Sequence record: PZ386970.1 | Direction: 5' to 3' (one strand) | Source of the DNA: a phage | Length of the DNA stretch: 64,000 nucleotides | Part shown: one piece after another, positions 29,299 through 37,722 of the stretch | How the letters are laid out: each line of letters begins with the position of its first letter | How positions within the stretch are numbered: position 1 is the first letter of the stretch | Position numbers and translations under genes: made by a program | Notes under the pieces: model-generated | Databases searched by the model: none | What the model was told of the DNA's origin: nothing | What the model saw: only the letters and a program-made list of their open reading frames with translations

Positions 29299-29303
29299 CA
29301 CAT

Positions 29304-29570
29304 TTACTTATCGCACTTAGCAACATAATTAGGCATATCACAGAATACGGAGCGAGTAACTACTCGGCCCTTTGACCATGCTTCAGTTGCTTGTCCTGCC
29401 GTGCTATTAATATAGCTTGATTTAATGTTCTCAATACCCTGAGAATGTGATGCATTTACCGAACCGTTGGAAGGTGCAGAAGACTGGTTACCACCAGCTC
29501 CTGTACCTGTGGTAGCACCAACAGAGAATGCCATCATTACTGCGAATAAACCAATTACTAATTTTTTCAT
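29304..29570 (-). CDS. Small secreted protein or lipoprotein (signal peptide), late-expressed
   Basis: 88 aa; N-terminal MKKLVIGLFAVMMAFSVGA signal peptide; TATAAATA late promoter ~33 nt upstream. Confidence 0.6.
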   Translation of the reverse strand: MKKLVIGLFAVMMAFSVGATTGTGAGGNQSSAPSNGSVNASHSQGIENIKSSYINSTAGQATEAWSKGRVVTRSVFCDMPNYVAKCDK

Positions 29571-29601
29571 ATTTACCTCAAGTTAAGAGTTATTTATCTA
29601 C

Positions 29602-30591
29602 TTATTTATAGTAAGAATTATGATTTTCGAGATAGACTTGCTCAAGGAAATCATCCCAGAAACTCATATCTACTTTTTGTTGCATACCGTTCTTAGCGGC
29701 CTGTTCTGATGCTTGTTCTACCTGGTCAACGATATCTTCTAGGAATTCTTGTACAGTTTTAAACGTATGTTTACCAAGCTTAACATCGAGAATAAATGGA
29801 GCATCTTGAAGTGGGTAAACCAGGTCGCCGGTTTTATAAATTTCCAATAGTTGAAGTCCACCACGACATGCATGACTCAATGCTTTCCAGTCAATACCTT
29901 CGTTAGCTTCTGCCTTACGAGCACGTTCACCGTAGTTCTCTTCCAGTTTAACCAGGATGGCATTGAACTCTTTATTGGTTAACGTGTCTTGGAATTTACG
30001 GTCTAACAGACTATAGAACGTTTGCTTACCTGTTTTCTCGTTTTCGGTTTCAACCCATGAAGCAAATTCACCTACAGGCAGAACATTCTTCATATGTGAT
30101 AAACGAATTACTGCACCATTATCAAAGTATTGTCCCCATTCATTAGAACGTTTAAGGGCTTGACGAAGAACAGCCAGTCGAGAACCCTTGACACCGTATT
30201 TAGAAGCTTGCTTACGGACATACCCTAAATAAGATTTCATGTTAGTGGTATAGAAACGAGACCTGTTATCTTGAATATACTTCCATACATCAGGCAAATC
30301 AGATTTAACTACTAGACTTTGTGGAGTGTGAAGCATATCTAATGCGACGGTTTCACCATCCGCAGCTAGTTTAAAGAAATATTTGAGACTATATAACTCA
30401 TGGTCCACGTCGTCTTTTGTGTTCTTAGAAGATGTGTTATTCGTGTTCTTGCTCATATGTTCTTTAACGTTACCGGTCAAGATATCACGAGCATGAGGGA
30501 CATAAATTTCTTTAAAATCGACGTCAGATTCAGGAGTAGACGTTCCATAAAGGTGGCTACCAAAGTAGCCTTTCATAATTGTTTTCATCAT
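29602..30591 (-). CDS. Pol-beta-superfamily (minimal) nucleotidyltransferase-domain protein
   Basis: 329 aa; N-terminal GSHLYGTSTPESDVDF matches the GS-x(9-13)-DxD nucleotidyltransferase signature. Confidence 0.6.
   Translation of the reverse strand: MMKTIMKGYFGSHLYGTSTPESDVDFKEIYVPHARDILTGNVKEHMSKNTNNTSSKNTKDDVDHELYSLKYFFKLAADGETVALDMLHTPQSLVVKSDLPDVWKYIQDNRSRFYTTNMKSYLGYVRKQASKYGVKGSRLAVLRQALKRSNEWGQYFDNGAVIRLSHMKNVLPVGEFASWVETENEKTGKQTFYSLLDRKFQDTLTNKEFNAILVKLEENYGERARKAEANEGIDWKALSHACRGGLQLLEIYKTGDLVYPLQDAPFILDVKLGKHTFKTVQEFLEDIVDQVEQASEQAAKNGMQQKVDMSFWDDFLEQVYLENHNSYYK
29603..29610 (-). promoter_or_regulatory. T4-type late promoter for the secreted-protein gene 29304..29570
   Basis: Minus-strand TATAAATA ~33 nt upstream of the ATG. 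Confidence 0.75.
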
Positions 30592-31061
30592 TTAGCCTTA
30601 TATTCAAGAGTAGGACAGACTTTTTCTTTACGAGCTTTAAGGTATTCACCTATTAATGATTTCTTACGTTCAATAGGCTCAAGTCCATTTTTAATTCGTT
30701 CTTGGTTTTGCGCAATGAGCTCAATTTCTTTATAATATTTTCTGTCGTTATATTTGTCTAACAACCAAGACGGACCAATTACCAACCCGGTAGCAATAAA
30801 AGCCATGACTGCTACAATTAAAATGCCTACACCAATTGAGGCTGGAACTAATGTCCATAGACTGCTAAAAACAAAGAATTTAGTTAAAATTTCCTGGCCA
30901 ATGATTGTGACTGCTGCTAAAATCGCAAATCCAATAATTGAAACAGCCAATACCGGGATTAACGTTTTCCAAAAATAAGCACACAACGTTTTCGGACGAT
31001 TCCATGTACTATTGAACGCGGCATAAATTTTAAAGTGCCAAGAGTTTTCATTGATAATCAT
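30588..31061 (-). CDS. Hypothetical integral membrane protein
   Basis: 157 aa; 3 predicted TM helices; overlaps the upstream stop. Confidence 0.55.
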   Translation of the reverse strand: MIINENSWHFKIYAAFNSTWNRPKTLCAYFWKTLIPVLAVSIIGFAILAAVTIIGQEILTKFFVFSSLWTLVPASIGVGILIVAVMAFIATGLVIGPSWLLDKYNDRKYYKEIELIAQNQERIKNGLEPIERKKSLIGEYLKARKEKVCPTLEYKAK

Positions 31062-31070
31062 AATAATTCC

Positions 31071-31613
31071 TTATTTCAAAGTCGGGATAATAGAATCGAG
31101 ATAAGCTTTAAGAGCAACCGCTTCATCTTTGTCTAATGTAACGATATGCTGACGAAGGTCATCAATTTGGCGAATAACTACGACATCACCGTCTTCATAA
31201 GAAGGATTAACGCCTAGGACTGTTGTATAGTCAGGGCGGTCCTGATTTGTAATAAAAGCATTACGGCATTTAGCCCATTGAAGTTTGGCCTTTTTGGCTG
31301 TTTCAGATTCCACGAATTCTTTCACCTTAGTGACGAATGTTTTCCAATTATTAATAGAAAGGCATTCATCTTCTGTTTCGATATTAACCCCACTATAAAG
31401 GCCGTGATAAAAACGAACTTGAAGGTCTTCATCGATGTTAATTACAGATGCATGGCCGGGCGGATTGAGTTTCAAAATCTTGTCCAGTTCCATAGGAAGA
31501 ATAGTAATAGAATCATCTTCTTGTGTCAGAACATACACATAACCGCGTTTTTCGATACATAAATCGCCAAACAACTCGGTTGTTTCAATTACGGTTTTCA
31601 TATTATTCACCAA
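31071..31613 (-). CDS. Hypothetical protein
   Basis: 180 aa ORF. Confidence 0.55.
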   Translation of the reverse strand: MVNNMKTVIETTELFGDLCIEKRGYVYVLTQEDDSITILPMELDKILKLNPPGHASVINIDEDLQVRFYHGLYSGVNIETEDECLSINNWKTFVTKVKEFVESETAKKAKLQWAKCRNAFITNQDRPDYTTVLGVNPSYEDGDVVVIRQIDDLRQHIVTLDKDEAVALKAYLDSIIPTLK

Positions 31614-31917
31614 TTAAAGTTTCAACAAAATTCACCAAAGCATTCTGGCAAGCGTCAACCTGATTTTCATAAAAGTCTCCGTTATCATTTACCGCATGAT
31701 AAGCTACATCACTCAAATCTGAATCGGCTTCACGTAAGTCACGGATAAGGTCCATCAATTTATTAGCTTGTTCACGGGTCATTTTACCATACTCGTTTCA
31801 ATAAGATTCACTATGCCGTTTACCATGTTATAAGTAAACATCGGATAATTGTATTGTACTACAACATAAGCGATAAGCAAAAGTTTCATTTTGTTCTCCA
31901 ATTGTTTTGATAGGACT

Positions 31918-31947
31918 ACTATAACATAGTCCTACCAAGATGTAAAC
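31918..31947 (-). promoter_or_regulatory. Early promoter with stem-loop (PeSL-like)
   Basis: Plus-strand ATAGGACTACTATAACATAGTCCTA (8-bp inverted repeat) then GTAAAC; precedes small ORFs in 31614..31886. Confidence 0.65.
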
Positions 31948-32207
31948 TACCGATTATGTTTTAAATGTTGATAAAGTTCTTCAACTTGTTTAGGGTCCAA
32001 AACAATTAGGTCATTTTCTTGACGAAGATAAATCCATCCCTTATCCCCAGGTCCATTTTTACAAAACATCACCGTCGTCATATCATCATCTTCAGCGCTT
32101 TCAGGTAAAAGTTCAAGTACACCGTCTTCAGATTTTCCAGTATAATCGTAAAGCATAATATCCTCACATAATCTCGTTAACATACATTTGCAATTCGGTG
32201 TGGGCAT
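31947..32207 (-). CDS. Hypothetical protein
   Basis: 86 aa ORF. Confidence 0.45.
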   Translation of the reverse strand: MPTPNCKCMLTRLCEDIMLYDYTGKSEDGVLELLPESAEDDDMTTVMFCKNGPGDKGWIYLRQENDLIVLDPKQVEELYQHLKHNR

Positions 32208-32343
32208 CTGCCATCTTTTTCATAGCTCTGTTAATGTCGATGTCTCCATCTTCGCAACCGTGAGCATTTTCCCAATCAGATACAGCATTAGCGTACTCTT
32301 CAATCAAAAACATTAACTTAGAAATTTTTTCTTTACGTGTCAT
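32164..32343 (-). CDS. Hypothetical small protein (start at internal Met MTRKEKISKL)
   Basis: ORF-track frame 32164..32412 trimmed to the RBS-supported ATG downstream of the promoter element. Confidence 0.4.
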   Translation of the reverse strand: MTRKEKISKLMFLIEEYANAVSDWENAHGCEDGDIDINRAMKKMADAHTELQMYVNEIM

Positions 32344-32370
32344 AATGTTCTCCTCTAGTAAGTAAGGTCT

Positions 32371-32399
32371 ACTATAACACAACCTGAGGAGAAGTAAAC
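32371..32399 (-). promoter_or_regulatory. Early promoter, PeSL-like
   Basis: Plus-strand ggtctACTATAACAC…GTAAAC; precedes ORF 32164..32343. Confidence 0.6.
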
Positions 32400-32410
32400 T
32401 GATAGATGCC

Positions 32411-32438
32411 AAAAAGCCCCAACCGTAAGGAAGGGGCT
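32411..32438 (-). terminator. Rho-independent terminator (minus strand)
   Basis: Minus RNA AGCCCCUUCC-UUACGG-UUGGGGCUUUUU downstream of ORF 32445..32747. Confidence 0.65.
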
Positions 32439-32444
32439 AGTAAA

Positions 32445-32747
32445 TTAGATAGATGTAGGCTCTAATTTTATTTTCATGAACTCGGCAAATTGTCTGGCAG
32501 TTTTTATGCCTTGTTCGTGACATTCAAATGCATCATCACAGGGGCTATTTTTGTAATGCTTTGCCATATACTTATAGAATTTTTCAGAATTCTCGACATT
32601 TTGAATTTCAAACAAAGTATATACGTTTTTAATCCCTGATTCCATAAAGTTATCAAAATATGGGTCGGTGTACGCAGTACCAACGATAGGAGTTGTTGCT
32701 GCAAAAAACCCCAGCATCGCCATGACAGCTATCGCTCTTAAGGCCAT
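32445..32747 (-). CDS. Small secreted protein (signal peptide)
   Basis: 100 aa; N-terminal MALRAIAVMAMLGFFAATTPIVGTA signal-peptide-like. Confidence 0.5.
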   Translation of the reverse strand: MALRAIAVMAMLGFFAATTPIVGTAYTDPYFDNFMESGIKNVYTLFEIQNVENSEKFYKYMAKHYKNSPCDDAFECHEQGIKTARQFAEFMKIKLEPTSI

Positions 32748-32759
32748 ATAGGCCTCCTG

Positions 32760-32972
32760 TTAATTTTGGCCAGTATTTATTTTTCGCCTTTGGACGGCCT
32801 TAACATCTGTGAGGTATTTTTCCAGCTTGCGCTTGCGTGTATAATCAGCTTTAGAACCAGTTTGACGGATATCCTCGTTTAAATGAGAAATAGAATGTCC
32901 TAATTCTCTTCGGATTTCATCCAATTGGGTTACAGTAAGATTACGAAGTTGTCTTTCGTTTAATTGCTGCAT
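32760..32972 (-). CDS. Hypothetical basic protein
   Basis: 70 aa; TATAAATA late promoter ~25 nt upstream. Confidence 0.5.
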   Translation of the reverse strand: MQQLNERQLRNLTVTQLDEIRRELGHSISHLNEDIRQTGSKADYTRKRKLEKYLTDVKAVQRRKINTGQN

Positions 32973-32996
32973 ATATACCTCTTGGTTAGATATTAG

Positions 32997-33004
32997 TATT
33001 TATA
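32997..33004 (-). promoter_or_regulatory. T4-type late promoter upstream of ORF 32760..32972 (overlaps tk stop)
   Basis: Minus-strand TATAAATA ~25 nt upstream of the ATG. Confidence 0.6.
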
Positions 33005-33581
33005 ACAACCCTGTCAAATCATTCCAATGCTTCCGGCATAATGACACATATCTATCAGTATCACCAATTTCAATTTGACTGCCATCTGTAATTGGAAGTC
33101 CGTCTTCCGTGACTCTAGCTACCATTGTGGCCTTTTTACCACAATGACAGACACCTTTAAGTTCAACAAGCTTATCGGCAATAGCCATTAATGCTTGAGA
33201 ACCTTCAAATAGATTACCTTTAAAATCTGTTCGTAGTCCATATGCCATTACTGGCACATTGTATACGTCAACAATACGACTAAGTTGATACACCTTTTCA
33301 GTAGTTAAGAACTGAGCTTCGTCAACAAATACACAGTGAATATCCTTTTGTGCTGCAGCCCATTTATAGAATTCAAAGATATCCATGTCTTTTGTAATTA
33401 TATTGGCATCCTGACGAATACCAATACGAGAGACTATTTCACCTTTTGAATCACGAGTATCAATAGCCGGTTTAAGAACTAATACACCCATGCCACGTTC
33501 TTTATAGTTATGTGCAGCCGTAAGTAATGAAGCAGACTTACCAGCGTTCATAGCGGCATATGTAAAAATTAAACTAGCCAT
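33000..33581 (-). CDS. tk: Thymidine kinase
   Basis: 193 aa; P-loop YAAMNAGKSASLL, C-terminal zinc cysteines (CHCGKKA…CRKH). Confidence 0.95.
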   Translation of the reverse strand: MASLIFTYAAMNAGKSASLLTAAHNYKERGMGVLVLKPAIDTRDSKGEIVSRIGIRQDANIITKDMDIFEFYKWAAAQKDIHCVFVDEAQFLTTEKVYQLSRIVDVYNVPVMAYGLRTDFKGNLFEGSQALMAIADKLVELKGVCHCGKKATMVARVTEDGLPITDGSQIEIGDTDRYVSLCRKHWNDLTGLL

Positions 33582-33590
33582 AAGAGTCCC

Positions 33591-33773
33591 TTATAGTGAA
33601 TTCACATAGTCAATGAGTTCTTGTTCTTTCCTGTCAAATGATTCCAACAATGCTTGATATTCTTCATCTGTTAAAGGAGCATATTCATCGTACGCATTGG
33701 TGGCTGCTTGCTCATCCAATAGGTCATGGATAAGTTCGAACAGTTTAGCTTTCTCTTCTTTAGTCAATTTCAT
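33591..33773 (-). CDS. Hypothetical acidic protein
   Basis: 60 aa ORF. Confidence 0.45.
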   Translation of the reverse strand: MKLTKEEKAKLFELIHDLLDEQAATNAYDEYAPLTDEEYQALLESFDRKEQELIDYVNSL

Positions 33774-34264
33774 TTAGGTTCCCAATCAACAATCACAATT
33801 TCTAGTTTAGTGGAATACGTATCTAAAATCTCTTCGATGACATCCCAGTTTCCACCACCAATACCTGCACCAATTCTTGGCATATAAATTACAGGCTTTG
33901 TTATCTTATTCTTTCCGAATTTATTTAATTCTATTATACAATTCATTAAAGCAGAGTACTCAAAATTAGGTCCCGGCTCAAACTGTGTATAAAGATTAAA
34001 GCAATAAGCTTTATGGGTCTTAAAATATTTTTCATAAACTGAATAAGTCCCGAGTTTAGACTCGTCTCCGAATTCGGTTTGAAGTTTATCGGCTTCTAAA
34101 ATTTTTGGATAAGCCTTTGCTAATTGACCTGCTACACCGGCGCCCATTGTATGAAAACAATTACACCCATGAGCAATATTATTACCTTTAGAAAACAGGG
34201 CGACAATATCGCCCTTGATATAGTTTTTAATCACTTGCTGCAAGTCCTCTAGTATAAGAGTCAA
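33770..34264 (-). CDS. Macro-domain protein (ADP-ribose binding/processing candidate)
   Basis: 164 aa; GCNCFHTMGAGVAGQLAKAYP resembles the macro-domain glycine-rich ADP-ribose-binding loop. Confidence 0.55.
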   Translation of the reverse strand: MTLILEDLQQVIKNYIKGDIVALFSKGNNIAHGCNCFHTMGAGVAGQLAKAYPKILEADKLQTEFGDESKLGTYSVYEKYFKTHKAYCFNLYTQFEPGPNFEYSALMNCIIELNKFGKNKITKPVIYMPRIGAGIGGGNWDVIEEILDTYSTKLEIVIVDWEPK

Positions 34265-34574
34265 CTAGACGGTCCACCATAGAATTGCATGCTGCCTTAT
34301 CTTTAGGTTCCGCCACCGAGCATTCTAATATTTGCCATTTTTTATAGTATCTTTTAATTAAGGTAGACGCCTTGAACCTACTAGACGCCCCATCTTTTTC
34401 TCCGTCTTTATACGCATATAACAATTTTTGTGAAAAATCTACTTTACACTCTTGACTTTTACCACAATAATCAGACGCCGTTCTGTTTGTATACTCCGTC
34501 ACATCAGTATATGTAGTATTAGCAAGAGCGTTAAATGAAACCAAGCCAACTATTAAAGCCAACATTTTGGTCAT
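34227..34574 (-). CDS. Small secreted protein (signal peptide)
   Basis: 115 aa; N-terminal MTKMLALIVGLVSFNALA. Confidence 0.5.
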   Translation of the reverse strand: MTKMLALIVGLVSFNALANTTYTDVTEYTNRTASDYCGKSQECKVDFSQKLLYAYKDGEKDGASSRFKASTLIKRYYKKWQILECSVAEPKDKAACNSMVDRLVDSYTRGLAASD

Positions 34575-35113
34575 TCTTTTATTTCCAGTAGTTTATTTGA
34601 TTTAAGGTAATTAGCCTTTTCTAGGACTTCAGAAGCATATTTACTTCCAGCACTTGTCTTCCATCCCGCATTATATGAGGATATGGCTTTTCTTATATCC
34701 CCGTTATGTATATTTAACCAATAAGAAAATTCGATATAAGCCCATCTTGCTGAATTAGACCGCTTAGATAGCATTTTCTTAATTTGGGCATCAGTCATAT
34801 TATAACCAAGCTGGTTAATTCTTGCCCTCATTGTTGGTAGATAGTTTTGGAACATTCCATACGCATGGTGACCTTTCTTATCTTTAAGATTAATACCGGC
34901 AGATGATTCTTGCCATAATATTGCGGCCATTATGTATCCAAGTCCTTTCTTATGCATATTTTCATGCGTTTTAAATTTTCCGTCCTTAGAAAACTGTTCC
35001 CCAAACTGATAAGCATAATTCAAGTTATCGAGTTGGACATTACTAAAAGTATGCTCGGAGCTATGTGCTGATAATGAAAGAGCAAATAGACCAGCGAGTA
35101 GTGCTTTTCTCAT
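34571..35113 (-). CDS. Secreted lytic-transglycosylase-like (SLT-domain) protein
   Basis: 180 aa; signal peptide MRKALLAGLFALSLSAHS; WQESSAG…HAYGMFQ resembles the SLT catalytic motif (ES…G…GLMQ). Confidence 0.55.
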   Translation of the reverse strand: MRKALLAGLFALSLSAHSSEHTFSNVQLDNLNYAYQFGEQFSKDGKFKTHENMHKKGLGYIMAAILWQESSAGINLKDKKGHHAYGMFQNYLPTMRARINQLGYNMTDAQIKKMLSKRSNSARWAYIEFSYWLNIHNGDIRKAISSYNAGWKTSAGSKYASEVLEKANYLKSNKLLEIKE

Positions 35114-35121
35114 GTTTACCT

Positions 35122-35580
35122 CTAGATTTTAATCACTGCTTTAGAAGCTTTTCCTGGTAGTCGTTTACTGTTAATAATAGCCATTCTGCATTGAAGAGTC
35201 TTCATTTTGAATGCTGGATTTTCGCGACAAACTGTAAGGCCTAACCAAAGATTTCCATCAGTTATTTCTAAACGGCCTGGGCGATATTCGACACCTTCAA
35301 CAAAATCTTCATCAACATCCGGACGTGCCGGCATTGATAAAAATTCTGCAACTTCTTTAACATGATTTTTTACTTTATGAAATAATTCAAAAACGTAGTT
35401 CTCATCTATTTCTCTCTGGATGGCACGATCTAAGAGATGTTGAGAATACTTGATATGAAAGCCTGGTAGTCCAAGAGACTTTGCAGCATCTTTTATACCG
35501 GCATTTATTTTGCGGAACTCCGTTTCAAAGATTCGACGGAGTTTATTACGGCGGATAAAAACTTCCGAATTGATAGTCAT
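35122..35580 (-). CDS. regB: Endoribonuclease RegB
   Basis: 152 aa; near-identical to recalled T4 RegB (MTINSEVFIRRNKLRR…YSQHLLDRAIQREIDE…). Confidence 0.92.
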   Translation of the reverse strand: MTINSEVFIRRNKLRRIFETEFRKINAGIKDAAKSLGLPGFHIKYSQHLLDRAIQREIDENYVFELFHKVKNHVKEVAEFLSMPARPDVDEDFVEGVEYRPGRLEITDGNLWLGLTVCRENPAFKMKTLQCRMAIINSKRLPGKASKAVIKI

Positions 35581-35608
35581 TTTGATTTCTCCTCTAGTTG
35601 ACAGGTCT

Positions 35609-35637
35609 ATAGTAACACAACTAGAGGAGAAGTAAAC
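35609..35637 (-). promoter_or_regulatory. Early promoter, PeSL-like, upstream of regB
   Basis: Plus-strand gacaggtcTATAGTAACAC…GTAAAC immediately upstream of regB RBS/ATG. Confidence 0.7.
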
Positions 35638-35641
35638 TACT

Positions 35642-35851
35642 TTATTCTTGGAATGGTGTGAGTTTTCCAGCTATCGAACAAATTTCTACCATCGCAGGAT
35701 AAAACTCTTTCACTTGTTCAAGGCGCTGGACAGCGTACCGCATTTCGCCTTCTTCAAGACAAGCCGCTTGGTCATCGAGCAAATATTTGTGGTAACCTGT
35801 ACAGGCTTCACTAATGATACGTTGGAATTCTTGCAAACTTTCAATTTTCAC
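35642..35851 (-). CDS. Hypothetical protein
   Basis: 69 aa ORF. Confidence 0.45.
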   Translation of the reverse strand: MKIESLQEFQRIISEACTGYHKYLLDDQAACLEEGEMRYAVQRLEQVKEFYPAMVEICSIAGKLTPFQE

Positions 35852-36117
35852 TAGTATTTTTCCTCAGGTCGAAATACTGCACGACATGCCCACATGCTGG
35901 CTTCTTTTAGATGTTGCTTAGCATACTTAAGAGCCTGCACTGCATCCATATCTTCTTTGGTTTGTTGCTCTGTTTCATTTTCTTTCAAGATATATGCTTC
36001 TTCAATCAGAGCATCAAACAACAATCCAAGACGGACTTCGGCATCTTTAATAGCGTTCACTTTACCGATTTTATCATCGGTATGCGGCTTGTAGCCTTTG
36101 ATGTCTTCAATCGACAT
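35851..36117 (-). CDS. Hypothetical protein (internal start MSIEDIKGYK chosen; upstream frame overlaps neighbouring ORF)
   Basis: ORF-track frame 35851..36285; GAGGAA RBS before the internal ATG. Confidence 0.4.
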   Translation of the reverse strand: MSIEDIKGYKPHTDDKIGKVNAIKDAEVRLGLLFDALIEEAYILKENETEQQTKEDMDAVQALKYAKQHLKEASMWACRAVFRPEEKY

Positions 36118-36331
36118 AAGGAATTTCCTCATCGGTGGCAAGGTCATATTCGACCAATTGGATAGGCTCGTTAATACCATATCCACGTACAGTGATATCA
36201 GTTGTCGGATAGTTTCCAGTAATATCACCCGTTCTAAATGATTCAATGAATGATTGCTCGCCTGAGCAACTAAACCAGGCGGCAAAACATTTTAAAACAT
36301 CTTCAGACCCTTCTATAATCAATTTAGCCAT
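36107..36331 (-). CDS. Hypothetical acidic protein
   Basis: 74 aa ORF. Confidence 0.45.
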   Translation of the reverse strand: MAKLIIEGSEDVLKCFAAWFSCSGEQSFIESFRTGDITGNYPTTDITVRGYGINEPIQLVEYDLATDEEIPYVD

Positions 36332-36693
36332 TATAGACTCTCAGTAAAGGTACGAGCGATAACGTCGCGCTGCTGTTCCGGAGTCAGAGAGTTAAAGCGA
36401 ACTGCATAACCGGATACACGGATGGTCAGCTGCGGATATTTTTCTGGATGCTTAACTGCATCTTCCAGAGTTTCACGACGCAGAACGTTAACGTTCAGGT
36501 GTTGTCCACCTTCAATTTTAACTTTAGGTTGATGTTCAATTTCAATTTCACGGGCATTCAAACCGTAGAAAATTTCTGGGTCTACAATAGCGTCTTCTTT
36601 AAAAGTCTTAGAGACAATAATCCGGGCTTGAGTACCGTCTTCAAAATAAATAGTGCCTTTATGTGCACCTTCAAGAATTTGATATGCTTTCAT
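36331..36693 (-). CDS. Autonomous glycyl-radical cofactor (YfiD/GrcA-like)
   Basis: 120 aa; C-terminal [27 protein letters not shown] matches the pyruvate-formate-lyase glycyl-radical motif (RVSGY). Confidence 0.8.
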   Translation of the reverse strand: MKAYQILEGAHKGTIYFEDGTQARIIVSKTFKEDAIVDPEIFYGLNAREIEIEHQPKVKIEGGQHLNVNVLRRETLEDAVKHPEKYPQLTIRVSGYAVRFNSLTPEQQRDVIARTFTESL

Positions 36694-36699
36694 ATAACC

Positions 36700-37008
36700 T
36701 CAATTAGAAAATAAATTTATCCAAGTTTTTTCTTTAATCAAAAATGGGTCGGAATTAAACGCCATTAAACTTTGAGTGATTAATCCCTTAAATGGTCCAT
36801 CAATAAATTCCATTTTGAAATGCGGAATACTAGTCATCAACCGTGCATTAGGAGCAGTACAAAGAACCTGCTGCCCTGCGAACGGACCTTTAGTCAAACG
36901 ATATCGTTTAGGTTTAAAATGGTAAATCTCGTAATTTTCTACAAGAGCCCTTTTATTGCATACTGGGCTGTTATAACAATATTCAAAAACTTCAATAGTG
37001 GTCATCAT
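36700..37008 (-). CDS. Hypothetical protein
   Basis: 102 aa ORF. Confidence 0.5.
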   Translation of the reverse strand: MMTTIEVFEYCYNSPVCNKRALVENYEIYHFKPKRYRLTKGPFAGQQVLCTAPNARLMTSIPHFKMEFIDGPFKGLITQSLMAFNSDPFLIKEKTWINLFSN

Positions 37009-37544
37009 TGCATTCCAATCACAAAAAATTGAGGACGAGCATTACCGCCGATGCAATATTTGCTTTTGCAACAGTGTTGGACTGTTTTAATATGTACATT
37101 GTAAATCTTATCCATATCAGGAGCTTTAATAGGCTCGTCAATTATATACAGAATACGAGAAAGCGTTAATCCACGGAATTTAGAACCTTCATTGCCAATA
37201 AAACTACGAACAGAATCAGTAAATAAACGGAATCGAATATCGTCGCTAGAATAACGAGAAAATTCTTTTTTAATGTTGCCAGCAGAAATTTTAGAATAAG
37301 CTGAAGTATTAGAAAGAACAATAACTGTTCCACCGTCGTACAGCCAATTAACAGCAAAATTAGTTACTGCGGTCGATTTACCTGATTGTCTGCCGCCGTC
37401 TAAACGAAGTGTACAGTACTGCTTGAGTACGTCTTCAAATGGTGGGGCATAACCATTCTTACAAATTTCTTCTACTCTAGCATCAGAATGGTGTGTAAAA
37501 GCATTCATCAGGGATAGATAAGGACCAGTTAAAAATGTTCTCAT
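37005..37544 (-). CDS. P-loop NTPase-like hypothetical protein
   Basis: 179 aa; Walker A-like GGRQSGKST. Confidence 0.5.
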   Translation of the reverse strand: MRTFLTGPYLSLMNAFTHHSDARVEEICKNGYAPPFEDVLKQYCTLRLDGGRQSGKSTAVTNFAVNWLYDGGTVIVLSNTSAYSKISAGNIKKEFSRYSSDDIRFRLFTDSVRSFIGNEGSKFRGLTLSRILYIIDEPIKAPDMDKIYNVHIKTVQHCCKSKYCIGGNARPQFFVIGMQ

Positions 37545-37702
37545 TTAGTTTCTCTTAAGGTTGGGGCCATTCCATGGCGCATGAATTGTCCATTTCTGTA
37601 TTTACCCATTACCGCACTTGGGCTCGACCTTATTACAGGTTGGTGGGAATCCCTCATAGAATCATGAGGTCCAGGTTGTTCCCATTTTATTTAAATGTAA
37701 AT

Positions 37703-37720
37703 AGGCCTAAGTATCGGCCT
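37703..37720 (-). terminator. Hairpin downstream of the IP gene 37723..38301
   Basis: Minus RNA AGGCC-GAUACUUA-GGCCU followed by AUUUACAUUU. Confidence 0.4.
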
Positions 37721-37722
37721 TA

